A stretch of 64,000 bases of DNA from the human T2T-CHM13v2.0 reference genome, Homo sapiens, in assembly GCF_009914755.1 (NCBI RefSeq), contig NC_060933.1; one strand, 5' to 3'. Below the pieces are notes generated by a model. It was not told where the DNA came from. It made no database searches and saw nothing but the letters and a program-made list of their open reading frames with translations. The number at the start of each line of letters is the position of its first letter. The first letter of the stretch is position 1. Shown here piece after piece: positions 42,383-57,029 of this stretch. Made by a program: the position numbers and the translations under genes.

Positions 42383-44053
42383 TCCCTTAAATAATCATTT
42401 ACAAAAACAGGCAAAAATCTAGATTTGCAACATGTTACTCATTTTGTTTTCTCTTTCTCACTTTTTTCCTCATGAAAAGAAAACTGTAGTTTCTGAGTGC
42501 CTGTTAAGCAGGTTTGTGCAGCTAAAACTCTGGTATGTTAAATTAGAGAAACAAAATAGTCAAATAATTCTTCAGATAAACCTCTGAAGTGAATTATCTG
42601 TTTTCCTCTTTGAATGTAGACTATAAGCACAATTTAGGTAACCACTGCCTCAAAAGTCTGTAATGACATTTAGCCTTCATACTTATATTTTCTGTCCTGT
42701 ATGTCATTAATCTGCCACTCAATATATGACCTGGGGCAAGGAGCTGTCTTTTGTGCTTCAGTGTGGATTAGGGAAATAAAACCAGATAGCTTTCCTGTAA
42801 ACCATAGCAAGAAAGCAAAACCGTCTGCTTTATCTGTCACCACTGGGCTGCCTCCATGCCATGTGCTATCTCCCTCAGGTGAACTTCTTTTCCATGGCTA
42901 TGTGGCCAGGGGTATCTTCAAGCGATAAGGAAGGTCCCCAGTAAACTCAGCAGTACTGTACTAGAGCATTTGTTGTATTGCTTCATGTAAAGTTTTCTAT
43001 CTTGTGGATTTTAAAAGAAATTTCCAAGTGTCTATTTTATAAATGAAAGCTACAAGTGTGTGAATGACATTACATATTCTATCTTCTGTTTTGCATTAAC
43101 ATACTGATCACTACGGTCATTATTTGGCAAAAGGAAGAGTGAGGCAAGTTTCTTTGCTTCCTCCCCCAATTCTGTTGTCTTTGTCTTGCTTCATTCTCAG
43201 TCCTCATGTTTTCTATCCAGTTTCATCTTCACTTTATCCTCACTCAGGGATGAATGACTGCTAACAGCTTAAAGACCAGCTTTTCCAGATAAAACAATAT
43301 AGTTCAAAAGATAGACTTGAGGCATTAGCCAGTGAGTAGAACAGGAGTTTGGGAAGGAGAAGGAAGGTTGCCAGTTTATCCAATAAATATCATTTTTAAA
43401 AATGTCCTCTCCCAAGTAAGAGAACCCCAAGAAAGAGAACCCCAAGAATGTCACATACATCAAACATTCACACATAGACACACACACACACACAGAAAGA
43501 AATGTGCAGCATTTGCCTAAAAGAGGGAAAAACAATGGATTGTTCACTACTCTAGTTCACATAGTCAAATTGATAACCATTTGCCAATGTAGCCTTCTAT
43601 GTACTTTCACAGAAACAAAACCACATGATAAGAATTGAGGTTGCATCAACGTGAGAAAATGTACTGTTTGATTTTTATTAGATTTAGGTAAAAATTCATT
43701 TCCCTAAAGCGTCACTCTAGATGCCAGGGTAAGCTGTTACAGCTGGCCAAAAGAGATGAATGGGGCTGAAGGGAGACAGCAAGTACAGGAAGCCTGCTAG
43801 TCTGGGGTTCCTTTGCAAAATCACGTGCAGCTCTTACCACCAACCAGCATATCCACTGATTTTAGATTATGCTTACTGGGCTGCTTCCAGTAGGCACCTA
43901 CATTGCCAATAGGAGGGATGTATTCATTGACTGAGCAGAAATATTGTGTAAAAAGTTTCCTATGAACAATGTTTGGAGGATTAACCAATTTCATTGTTGC
44001 TTGAATAATGTTGCCTCATTATCATCTCAGATTTTCTAGGCAAAGGCTCAGGC

Positions 44054-44240
44054 CAGTGGATCTCAAAGTGTGATATCTCGGCCAGCAGCATCCACATCCC
44101 CTGGAAGCTTGTTAGAAATGCAAATTCTCAGGTCCCATCCTAGGTACAGTGAATTAGACATGCCAGTGGTAGGGCCAGCAATGGTGTGTTAATAAACCCT
44201 TCCAATGATTAGGATGCACATTCAAGTTTGAGAACCACTG
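44054..44240. mobile_element. MER5A hAT-Charlie MITE
   Basis: Terminal inverted repeats CAGTGGATCTCAAA / TTTGAGAACCACTG; GCTTGTTAGAAATGCAAATTCTCAGG core. Confidence 0.92.
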
Positions 44241-44420
44241 GTATAGTCAACTTTGGGAAGCCTAATGAAATGTTTTCAAATTGACAGCAAAGACCCTGCT
44301 TACAGCTCATTGAAAGACTGTTTAGATTTCTCTGACAGTGTCAGCAGCAGGGTTCATTCTCTTGTGTCCCAGCCTCTAGCATCCCTTGTGAGTTAGTGTG
44401 TATAGAAATATAGTTTTTAC

Positions 44421-46084
44421 ATTTGTTTGTGTCCTCTCTTATTTCCTCAAGCAGTGGTTTGTAGTTCTCCTTGAAGAGGTCCTTCTATCCTCATGGATAA
44501 GAAGAATCAACATCATGAAAATGGCCATACCACCCAAAGTAATTTATAAATTCAATGCTATTTCCATGAAACTACCATTGACATTCTTCACAGAATTAGA
44601 AACAAACTACTTTAAATTTCATATGGAATCAAAGTAGACCCTGTATAGCCAAGACAACCCTAAAAAAAAAGAACAAAGCTGGAGGCATCATGCTACCTGA
44701 CTTCAAACTATACTACAAGGCTACAGTAACCAAAACAGCATGGTACTGGTACCAAAACAGACATATAGACCAATGGAACAGAATAGAGACCTCAGAAACA
44801 ACACCGCACCTCTACAACCATCTGATCTTCGACAAACCTGGCAAAAACAAGCAATGGGGTAAGGATCTCCTGTTCAATAAATGGTGCTGGGAAAACTGAC
44901 TAGCCATATGCAGAAAACTGAAACTGAACTCCTTCCTTACACTTTATACAAAAATTAACTCAAGATGGATGAAACACTTAAATGTAAAACCCAAAACCAT
45001 AAAAACCCTAGAAGAAAATCTAGGCAATACCATTCAGGACATAGGCATGGGCAAACACTTCATGATGAAAATGCCAAAAGCAATTGCAACACAAGCCAAA
45101 ATTGATAAATGGGATCTAATTAAACTAAAGAGCTTCTGCACAGCAAAAGAAACTATCATCATAGTGAACAGGCAACCTACAGAATGGGAGAATATTTTTG
45201 CAATCTACCCATCTGACAAAGGTCTAACATCCAGAATTTACAAGGAACTTAAACAAATTTACAAGAAAAAAACCCTAACCAAAAGTGGGCAAAGGATATG
45301 AACAGACACTTCTCAAAAGAAGACATTTACATGGCCAACAAACATGAAAAAAAGCTCAACATTGCTGGTCATTAGAGAAATGCAAATCAAAACCAAAATG
45401 AGATACCATTCTCAAGCCAGTCAGAATGGCGATTATTAAAAAGTCAGGAAACAACAGATGCTGGCGAGGCTGTGAAGAAATATGAACACTTTTACACTGT
45501 TGGTGGGAGTGTAAATTAGTTCAACCATTGTAGAAGACAGTGTGGCGATTCCTCAAGGATCTAGAATCAGAAATACCATTTGACTCAGCAATCCCATTAC
45601 AGGGTATATACCCAAAGGAATATAAATCATTCTGCTATAAAGACACATGCACTCGTATGTTTATCACAGCACTATTTACAATAGCAAAGACATGGAAGCC
45701 ACCCAAATGTCCATTAATGATAGACTGGATAAAGAAAATGTACATACACACCATAGAATACTGTGCAGCCATAAAAAGGAATGAGATCATGTCCTTTGCA
45801 GGGACATGGATGAAGCTGGAAGCCATCATCCTCATCAAACTAACACAGGAACAGAAAACCAAACACCACATGTTCTCACTCATAAGTGGGAGTTGAACAA
45901 TGAGAACACATGGACACAGGAAGGTGAGCAACACACACCAGGGCCTGTTGAGGGGTGGGGGGCGAGGGGAGGGAACTTAGAGGTCAGGTCAATAGGTGCA
46001 GCAAACCACCATGGCACAGGTACACCTATGTAACATACCTGCACATTATGCACGTTTCCCAGAAATTAATTTTTTTTTAAGAAA
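44421..46084 (+). mobile_element. L1PA8/PA10-like, 5'-truncated with a 70-bp 5' inversion
   Basis: ORF2 C-terminal peptides ([26 protein letters not shown]) and 3'UTR. 44421-44490 is antisense L1. TSD AGAAAT(A/G)TAGTTTTTA(C/T) at 44404-44420 and 46085-46101. Confidence 0.93.
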
Positions 46085-46102
46085 AGAAATGTAGTTTTTA
46101 TG

Positions 46103-46260
46103 CAGGGGTCACACAACTATCATGTGTGAATGAGATCTAGTTCACTGCCTTTTTTTGTAAATAAAGTTTTATTAGAATACAGCCTCACTCATTCATTTAC
46201 TTATTGTCTATTATTGCTTTAACACCACAATGGCAGAGTTAAGTAGTGGCAGAGCCCTCA
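46103..46260. mobile_element. MER58A-like DNA transposon fragment
   Basis: CAGGGGTC...TTTTGTAAATAAAGTTTTATTAGAATACAGCC...CATTCATTTACTTATTGTCT...GGCAGAGTTAAGTAGT. Confidence 0.8.
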
Positions 46261-47171
46261 TAGGGGGTCATGAGAGTTATACAATGTGACTACAGAAAAC
46301 TGTTGCAAGGACATTGCATGAAATTCCACTCTTATTTTTAGATGTAGCCTGTATACATGTAAGTGTCTCTGAAAGGAATTATACAGGCTACCATCAGCCC
46401 AAATTAAGACATCTGTAGGCATGAGCTTGTGTAAACATATGCTATTTTGGAAGGCCATAGCTAAGGCCCAAGAAGACAAGGTCAGCATGGTAAAATTTGG
46501 TTTGGAAACTAAAGAGAGGAATAGGTTTGGAATAAGATTGAAAAATTCATATGTTGCAGCCTCCTTCTCATGCAAATGACAGACATTACCAATCAATCAT
46601 GAGGCTTGTATTCTCAAAGCCCTACCTGGGCCTCACAGCCCTTCTCAACAAACTTTCTAGGCAGCCATTACTAATCTTCTGCAATTGGTTCATTGGAGGA
46701 AAATTATTGACCATCTTGTTGCTGGATTAAAGAAAAAGATCAACAAGGAATGCCAGGAAATGCTCTCTAGAACCTGTATGGGGAAGTTCTAAGGAACACA
46801 GGAGGGTAAAATAGAAGGGGAGGTCTTAATGGGAAAAGGGGAGGTAGGTGGAAATAAAAGTCCAACAATGCTCATAAATGCTGTATACTTCTTTTGTATA
46901 CTTCCACAAGTTAGCTACTACCCTCTTTCGTTTCTTTTGAAAATAAAGAAGTGGTACCCATTCTCTTAAGTACCTTGCTAGAGGTAATGCAGACAACAAG
47001 TGATACTATGAGGCACATCTGGTCTAACATTAAAGCCTATATTTTTCTGCTACCTTTTGTACCATTATATTGTTTTGTCTAAGGCTGCACTATGTCTAAA
47101 TTTTACCTTTGAAACTGAACTTCTTAAGGTTCGACTTAAAAAATCCTACTGGACAAGTATGGTTAATAAAG

Positions 47172-47345
47172 GAGGAAGGGAGAGAGAGAGAAAAAGAAAG
47201 ATGTAAAGGGGGAGGAAGGAGGGTAAGAGGGGGGAGAGAAAAAAGAGAGAGAGATGGGGGAAAGAGAAAGAATGAGTAAGAGAGACTGACTCTGAGTCTG
47301 ATAGACTGAGACAGAAAGAGACAGAGAGAGACAGGCTGGAGACAT
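47172..47345. repeat. GA-rich low-complexity tract
   Basis: Direct reading. Confidence 0.8.
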
Positions 47346-49019
47346 AATTCAGAAAGTATACAGACATTTATTCTAAAAGGAGAAAGTAAACAACAACACA
47401 CTTTAACATAAAACTTTCAGTAAGAAAGCAAATTGGAAAAGGCCTAAAATAACTGCACCCCTATACATGGTACAAGAAAACATCTGCTGCTTTTTCTGAC
47501 CCAGGAGCCAAATATTCAGTACAAATTCTTCATTCTCTGGAGAGCATACTAATGATACGGTGGCTGTTGAAAGAAAGGGGAAATTAAAACAAAACACAAC
47601 AAAACAAAACAAAAAAAAATCTTCTTCCAAAACTTCAGAGCAACAAGAAACAGAGCTGGATTTATGGGCAGGTGAAGTAGGTGATTGCTTTGAGAAATGC
47701 CAGAAAGGCCCAGCTACACTGAAATTGCACATATTTCAGGTACCAGCTTCCCCAAAATAGTGTCTTCAGAACATTATTACTTTGGTTTAAGCATTGCCCT
47801 CTTTGGACCTCATTTTAAAGGTAAATAAACTTGGTAGTGCTAACACAGTCAATCACAGTTCACCAGTGTGCAGACATTAAAGAGTAAGCAATAATTTCTT
47901 GCCACATCCATTTTAATTTTTTCAATTTTACATAATGCAAGGTGTTTAAAGTGTCCTTATGTTACTTTACTATTGTAATAAATTCTCTCTTATAAATACC
48001 ATAACACTATGTTAGTATTAATCAAATATGTTTCCTAGAATATTCATTCTGCATAATCATAACCCATGATTAACAGGTAAATGGTAAAAAAAAAACTTTA
48101 GAAAATGTGGCCTAGTTTATGCCCTTCATGATATATCACACTCAGTACATGTCATAAATGGCTCTGAGAAACCCCACGGTAATTCTATTTCATCAATTTT
48201 TGTCTAAATGCATTTCTCCAAGAAAGTCTTCACTCCCACTTTTCACTATTTGTATTCTTTAGAAAACTGAAACACAATTGTAGAAATAGGACTGCAAAAA
48301 TATAGTTCTTAGCTACACTTCTTTCTCCTCATAGATTTTGTTTTTCTTGGGCACATCTGAAATTTTGATGGCTACAGATACTCCTAGGGATTTACAGTCC
48401 AGGAGAATGATATGGAAAAATTTTTAAAAACGTATCTGACATTATTCTGAACCAGTTATTCTAGGGAATGGTCAGAAATCTGCATCTTTTATACTTTATA
48501 GTCTGACAAATGACTTACAGGAGTCATTTCTAAGATTATACTTTGAAATGTAAAGGGGATAAAAGGCTTCTGCTTTTAGGAAGCATAAGTTTTCATCACT
48601 AAAAAATCTTGTCTAGGTGGATCTGATAAAACCCGAGAACAGAGGCTTATTATGAGAGACGCTCAATCATTTGGGACATGTCCTCAGCCAACCGTCTTCT
48701 TCCATTCTCCTTTTACCTGGTCAAAACCTCTTTTCACTCCCTAGTTCCTTGTCCTGTCATACTACTGTGACCCAGCTTCATGTCCTTGCCTTTTGGTACA
48801 ATTTGACTTTTGACATTAACCTCATCCTATAGGGGGATTGGAAAAGTCGAGAGGGAGACTCCTACACAAACTGGTATTTCTTTAAATGAAGAGGCTCATA
48901 TTGCATGTAGGAAAATTTCTAAAGAGGCGCTGATTCTATTCAATGATACTACGAGGTACAAAAAGTAGATCGATTGGCCCAGGGTCTGTTTAAGTTAAAG
49001 TAATTATAAATGGGAAATG

Positions 49020-50340
<1,321 letters not shown>

Positions 50341-51860
50341 AAACATTTAAACTTGAGAAGGACAGAGTTATATATCTTTTGTGTTAGGCAAATGCATGCA
50401 TACTTACTAACTTAGACTATAGTGCATAATTGTTACTTCTTAACATACATATGATAACGTGATCTCTAAGGCTTTTCCATAGTCTAAACTTCTATGATTT
50501 AATTGTATACTATGAGTTGAATATAATTTTTTAAAGCCTCAGAGCCCCTAATAACTAGGTAATTGCCTTTTAATTCCAAACTATGATTTGCTTCTTTATC
50601 TTTCTCCCTTGTTCTCGTCACCTCAGACATTTTCATAGCTCCTGGTCTCAGCTATCCAAGCTTGTAATTAGTTGCTCTTTAGAATAGGCTCGTTAATCCT
50701 TTTTAATATTTTCCTGCTATTTGCTCCGGACTCTAAATGTTTCTACTTGGCCCTTCTTTAGGCCAAACCATTTCTTCTGCTGTCTAGAGCTCAAAACCTT
50801 TGTGTGGACTAAACAGCTGACAGGCTTTTCAAATGAGTCTAACTCATAGCTAATTTCTACTTATTCACTCAGGGCTTCTTCTGAGTGAATGAACTTTACC
50901 TTGGACTACCTGTTTCTCTCATAGTCCACATAATAATTGCTTCTGATAACAAAATAAGCATTTTTTCTTTAAAAAATAACTAAATTGTTTTCTTCTTTCA
51001 GATGCAGCAGCTCCTGACTTGCACATTTATAAATAGCTCCTATTTATTAATGGCCATCCTCTCTTCAACCACCTGCTAAAGTTGAACCACCTGCACGGCA
51101 ATTACAAAGATGACTGGGCCAGAGGGTATGGGAAGACACCTGAGATAACTATCTTTCCTGCAATTTTGCCTGGGAAAAGCTCTGCTTCCGGAAAAAAAAT
51201 TACTGTTATCTTCTCTATCACCAAAAATTGGGACAATCAAATTTTTTCTAACCCTTTTGGATATAAGAGGCAGTTAAAAAAAAGTGACGGAGATTTCCTA
51301 GACATTCTTATGTTTTCTATAGACAATGTTTGGAGTATGGTGACAAGCCAAGGAAAATGCAGAAATGGTCACTATAACTATAGCACCTGCTTCTATATTC
51401 CCATAATTAATAAATAATGCTATTCCTACTGTCATGGGTCAAAGAGGTCTTATAGGCTGCTGTGACAACATCATCATTTACGTGTAATTACCATGACACA
51501 ATATGCTCCAAGTTTAAAACAAAGGACTTTAAAACTGATTTTGTGAACATAATCCATCCTTAATTGCCTATAAGGGAAAAGCATCTCTTCAGAAACTGCT
51601 TAAGATTGGAGAGAGAGGTGGGAAGGAAAAAACAGAAGACAAGTCTAAAAGTTTACATCAATTAAGAAGATAATCTGGGCAGCTGTTGGAGGATATATCC
51701 CAGAAAAGTTCACATTGTGAGGCCAACTTTTGTCTTAGGTACAGGGCTATCCTGCAAATTCAGAACAAAGTTCCTGAGGTTAGCTTTATACACCTTTCCA
51801 AACCACTCAGAAATGAAAGCAAAGATAGCCAGAGCAGTGATCTTTTTTTTCTACCATATT

Positions 51861-54800
51861 AGGAAGGAAAGAAGGAAGGAAAAAAGGAAGGGAGGAAGGG
51901 AGGAAGGAAGGAAGGGAGGAAGGGAGGGAGGGAGGGAGGAAGGAAGGAAGGGAGGAAGGAAGGAAGGAAGGGAGGGAGGAAGGAAGGAAGGGAGGAAGGA
52001 AGGGAGGGAGGGAGGAAGGGAGGGAGGAAGGAAGGGAGGGAGGAAGGAAGGGAGGGAGGAAGGAAGGAAGGGAGGGAGGAAGGAAGGGAGGGAGGAAGGA
52101 AGGGAGGGAGGAAGGAAGGGAGGGAGGAAGGAAGGAAGGGAGGGAGGAAGGAAGGGAGGGAGGAAGGAAGGAAGGGAGGAAGGAAGGAAGGGAGGGAGGA
52201 AGGAAGGGAGGGAGGAAGGAAGGAAGGGAGGGAGGAAGGAAGGAAGGGAGGAAGGAAGGGAGGGAGGGAGGAAGGAAGGGAGGGAGGGAGGGAGGAAGGA
52301 AGGGAGGGAGGGAGGAAGGAAGGAAGGAAGGGAGGGAGGAAGGAAGGAAGGAAGGGAGGGAGGAAGGAAGGAAGGGAGGGAGGGAGGAAGGAAGGAAGGG
52401 AGGGAGGGAGGGAGGGAGGGAGGAAGGAAGGGAGGGAGGAAGGAAGGAAGGAAGGGAGGGAGGAAGGAAGGGAGGGAGGAAGGGAGGGAGGAAGGGAGGG
52501 AGGAAGGAAGGGAGGGAGGAAGGAAGGAAGGGAGGGAGGAAGGGAGGGAGGGAGGAAGGAAGGAAGGGAGGAAGGAAGGAAGGGAGGGAGGAAGGAAGGG
52601 AGGAGGAAGGAAGGAAGGGAGGGAGGAAGGAAGGAAGGGAGGAAGGAAGGGAGGGAGGGAGGAAGGAAGGGAGGGAGGGAGGGAGGAAGGAAGGGAGGGA
52701 GGGAGGAAGGAAGGAAGGAAGGGAGGGAGGAAGGAAGGAAGGAAGGGAGGGAGGAAGGAAGGAAGGGAGGGAGGGAGGAAGGAAGGAGGGAGGGAGGGAG
52801 GGAGGGAGGAGGAAGGAAGGGAGGGAGGAAGGGAGGGAGGAAGGAAGGAAGGAAGGGAGGGAGGAAGGAAGGAAGGAAGGGAGGGAGGAAGGAAGGGAGG
52901 GAGGAAGGAAGGGAGGGAGGAAGGAAGGAAGGGAGGAAGGAAGGGAGGCAGGGAGGAAGGAAGGGAGGGAGGAAGGAAGGAAGGGAGGGAGGGAGGAAGG
53001 AAGGAAGGGAGGAAGGAAGGAAGGGAGGGAGGGAGGGAGGGAGGAAGGAAGGGAGGGAGGAAGGAAGGAAGGGAGGGAGGAAGGAAGGAAGGGAGGGGAG
53101 GAAGGAAGGAAGGGAGGAAGGAAGGGAGGGAGGAAGGAAGGGAGGGAGGGAGGAAGGAAGGGAGGGAGGAAGGAAGGGAGGGAGGAAGGAAGGAAGGGAG
53201 GGAGGAAGGGAGGAAGGGAGGGAGGAAGGGAGGGAGGAAGGAAGGGAGGGAGGAAGGAAGGAAGGGAGGGAGGGAGGAAGGAAGGGAGGGAGGGAGGAAG
53301 GAAGGGAGGAAGGAAGGAAGGGAGGGAGGAGGAAGGAAGGGAGGGAGGGAGGGAGGGAGGGAGGGAGGAGGAAGGGAGGAGGAGGAAGGGAGGAAGGGAG
53401 GGAGGGAGGAAGGGAGGGAGGAAGGGAGGGAGGAAGGAAGGGAGGGAGGAAGGAAGGAGGGAGGGAGGAAGGAAGGGAGGGAGGAAGGAAGGGAGGAAGG
53501 GAGGGAGGAAGGGAGGGAGGGAGGGAGGAAGGAAGGAAGGAAGGGAGGGAGGAAGGAGGGAGGAAGGAAGGAAGGGAGGGAGGAAGAAAGGAAGAAGGGA
53601 GGAAGAAGGAAGGAAGGGAGGAAGGAAGGGAGGGAGGAAGGAAGGAAGGGAGGAAGGAAGAGGGAGGGAGGAAGGAAGGAAGGGAGGGAGGGAGGGAGGG
53701 AGGGAGGAAGGAAGGGAGGGAGGAAGGAAGGGAGGAAGGGAGGGAGGAAGGGAGGGAGGGAGGGAGGAAGGAAGGAAGGGAGGGAGGGAGGGAGGAAGGA
53801 AGGAAGGAAGGGAGGGAGGAAGGAAGGGAGGAAGGAAGGAAGGGAGGGAGGAAGGAAGGGAGGGAGGAAGGAAGGAAGGGAGGAAGGGAGGAAGGAAGGG
53901 AGGGAGGGAGGGAGGGAGGAAGGAAGGAAGGGAGGGAGGGAGGAAGGAAGGAAGGAAGGGAGGGAGGAAGGAAGGAAGGAAGGGAGGGAGGAAGGAAGGA
54001 AGGGAGGGAGGGAGGAAGGAAGGAAGGGAGGGAGGGAGGGAGGGAGGGAGGAAGGAAGGGAGGGAGGCAGGAAGGGAGGAAGGGAGGGAGGAAGGAAGGG
54101 AGGGAGGGAGGAAGGAAGGAAGGGAGGGAGGGAGGGAGGAAGGAAGGAAGGGAGGGAGGAGGAAGGAAGGAAGGGAGGGAGGGAGGAAGGAAGGAAGGGA
54201 GGGAGGGAGGAAGGAAGGAAGGAAGGGAGGGAGGAAGGAAGGAAGGAGGGAGGGAGGGAGGAAGGAAGGGAGGGAGGGAGGGAGGGAGGGAGGAAGGAAG
54301 GAAGGGAGGGAGGAAGGAAGGGAGGAAGGGAGGGAGGAAGGAAGGAAGGGAGGGAGGAAGGAAGGGAGGAAGGGAGGAGGAAGGAAGGGAGGGAGGAAGG
54401 AAGGAAGGAAGGGAGGGAGGAAGGAAGGGAGGGAGGAAGGAAGGAAGGGAGGAAGGAAGGAAGGAAGGGGGGAGGAAGGAAGGGAGGGAGGAAGGAAGGA
54501 AGGAAGGAAGGGAGGAAGGAAGGAAGGAAGGGAGGAAGGAAGGAAGGGAGGGAGGAAGGAAGGGAGGGAGGAAGGAAGGAAGGGAGGAAGGAAGGAAGGG
54601 AGGGAGGAAGGAAGGGAGGAAGGGAGGGAGGAAGGAAGGGAGGGAGGAAGGAAGGAAGGAAGGGAGGGAGGAAGGAAGGGAGGGAGGAAGGAAGGAAGGG
54701 AGGAAGGAAGGAAGGAAGGGAGGGAGGAAGGAAGGGAGGGAGGAAGGAAGGAAGGAAGGAAGGGAGGGAGGAAGGAAGGAAGGGAGGAAGGAAGGAAGGA

Positions 54801-55072
54801 AGGGAGGGAGGAAGGAAGGGAGGGAAGGAAGGAAGGGAGGAAGGAAGGAAGGGAGGGAGGAAGGAAGGAAGGGAGGGAGGAAGGAAGGAAGGGAGGGAGG
54901 AAGGAAGGAAGGAAGGAAGGGAGGGAGGGAGGAAGGAAGGAAGGAAGGGAGGAAGGAAGGAAGGAAGGGAGGAAGGAAGGAAGGGAGGGAGGAAGGAAGG
55001 AAGGAAGGAAGGGAGGAAGGAAGGAAGGAAGGGAGGAAGGAAGGGAGGGAGGAAGGAAGGAAGGAAGGAAGG
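51861..55072. repeat. 3.2-kb (GGAA/GGGA/GGA)n polypurine-polypyrimidine tract
   Basis: 3212 bp of A/G on the plus strand; the only pyrimidines I see are C at 52949 and C at 54068. Confidence 0.97.
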
Positions 55073-55718
55073 TTGGTTCAAAAGATGATGAAAAGTTCAC
55101 TGCTTTACTAGTGCCTGATATTCCCTGGAGAACCAAAAGCTTGAAGCAGTTGTGATCAAGGGCTTAAGGCAGCCACTCTGGTTCTGTGTGTACTGCACAT
55201 GTGCGTGTGCAAACATGTGGTGTGTGTATAAGGGGTGGTGGGTACTGATGGAGAAGAGAGAGAAGAGGGGACTAGAAAGGGGGACAGCAAAAAACAAGGG
55301 AAAGAAATTAAGTGAAACATAAGAACAGGAATACTTAGACAGGTTGCCATTAACTGAGGCCTCTTAATCTTGGGTCCATGAATCTAGGCAGAATTGTAGT
55401 GTTGTAAGTTCTTTAAACGTTTCACAAACATGGATATTTTGACGTGGTATGGCCAAGACAGCCACATTTTCAAGTTTCCTTAGCTCCATAGTAATTCTGA
55501 TGCCAGGCTGTCTTGTCCATACCTTCAGAATTCCTGAGCTGTTTTGTCCATAAATGGGCTTTAAGGGTTGATAAACTTCCCCAATTGTAAAATTTGGGAG
55601 TGTATCTGTTTTTATTTTTTTCTCGGAAGAAGTTAGTAGCTTGTGCAGAGTTGCACAGTATTTTACTACCTCTCCAGTATGCTAAAAAATACTGCATCAA
55701 AAGAAGTCAGTTTCTGGT

Positions 55719-56077
55719 TGCAATGAACCGAATATTTTTGTTCCCCACAAAAATTTACATGTTGAAATCCTAACCCCTAGTGTAATGGTATTAGGAGGTG
55801 GGGCCATTGAGATGTGATTATGTCCTGAGAGCAGAGCCCAAATGAATGAGATTCGTGCCCTTATAAAAGAAACCCCAGAGAGTTCTCTCGTTTCTTCTGC
55901 AATGTGAGGACACAGCAAGAGGACAGTCATCTATGAATCACAAAGAGGGTCTGCACCAGGCACAGAATTTACTGATGCCTTGATCTTGGACTTCCCAGCC
56001 TTTAGAATTGTGAGAATTAAATTTCTATTGTTTATAAGCCACCCAGTCTATGGTATTTTGTTAAACCAGCCCGGACA
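55719..56077 (+). mobile_element. MLT1A/B ERVL-MaLR solo LTR
   Basis: CATGTTGAAATCCTAACCCCTAGTGTAATGGTATTAGGAGGTGGGGCC...CTTGATCTTGGACTTCCCAGCC...TATGGTATTTTGTT. Confidence 0.88.
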
Positions 56078-57029
56078 TTCTTTGTGGTTTTCTGTTCATC
56101 CAATCTGCAGGTACAAAGGTAGCTATTCATTAGGAGGAGTTGGGGAAGGTCAAGCCACTAGTCCAAACTAACTGATAATAGATACTCTTGCTGAAGAAAC
56201 ATCTAAATTTTAAAGATGATATTAATGAATTATGAGAATTTAACAACTAATATACCAGACAGATGTCAGCTCTCTTTTTGTTTTACACTACAGTGACCAA
56301 ATAATTTGCAATTGTGTAAGTGGAGAAACAATTATTTGCTCTTTGCCAGCCAGGTGCCAGTTAGCATTTTGAAGGCAGTATGTCTTAAGGATTAAAGCAG
56401 CTGCTTAGTCATTGTTTCTTAATTTCTTTAAAATAAACAACCAGTCCCAAATCATATTTTCCTAGAGAGAATTTAAGAGAAAGCATGAGAAAGGTCCCAT
56501 GGTTAAATTGGCTCTAGGCAGGCAAGCTGGGCTTTCTGACAAGAAACATTTTTGTGTAAAAATAAATGAATAAAATAACTTCGCTTCACAGCGGTGAAGA
56601 CTTCTACTATTTTCTTGACATTTGACTATTTATAGTAGGCCTGTATAAAACTGTTTCATCATATATAGTATCTATAGTTCATAGAGGTAAAGTATAGCTC
56701 TGCCCAAAACTTGGGAACCCCCAAATCTGCAGCTGAGAGTCTAGATCCTATTCCTGCTGCCTGTGATTTCATTTTCTAACCAGCATCTCACACAATCAAC
56801 TTTCATTTTTTGTCTAGGCAGGAAGAATAAAATAAAATCACTTGGCTCATTTATCTAGCGATCCTTCTCTTATTTTTCTCCTTCTTGAAGGCCTCCCTCC
56901 CTCCCTCTTAACCCCCTTTCTTCCATCTTCTTTGCTTCCTTCCTCTTTAAAAATATTTAATGAGCATCTATTATGTACATGCTCAATGCCAGGAACATGA
57001 CATGTGCTCAGAACAAGTGTAAATGTCAT

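Noticed and set aside
44398-46033. ORF2-like peptides
   Set aside because: 5'-truncated, frameshifted L1; not retrotransposition-competent.
51717-55136. 1123-aa G/R/K/E ORF (in-frame ATG at 51813) and 1109/1076-aa P/S/L/F antisense ORFs
   Set aside because: A strand with no T, or its complement with no A, cannot contain stop codons. These are artefacts of the purine tract with no coding evidence.
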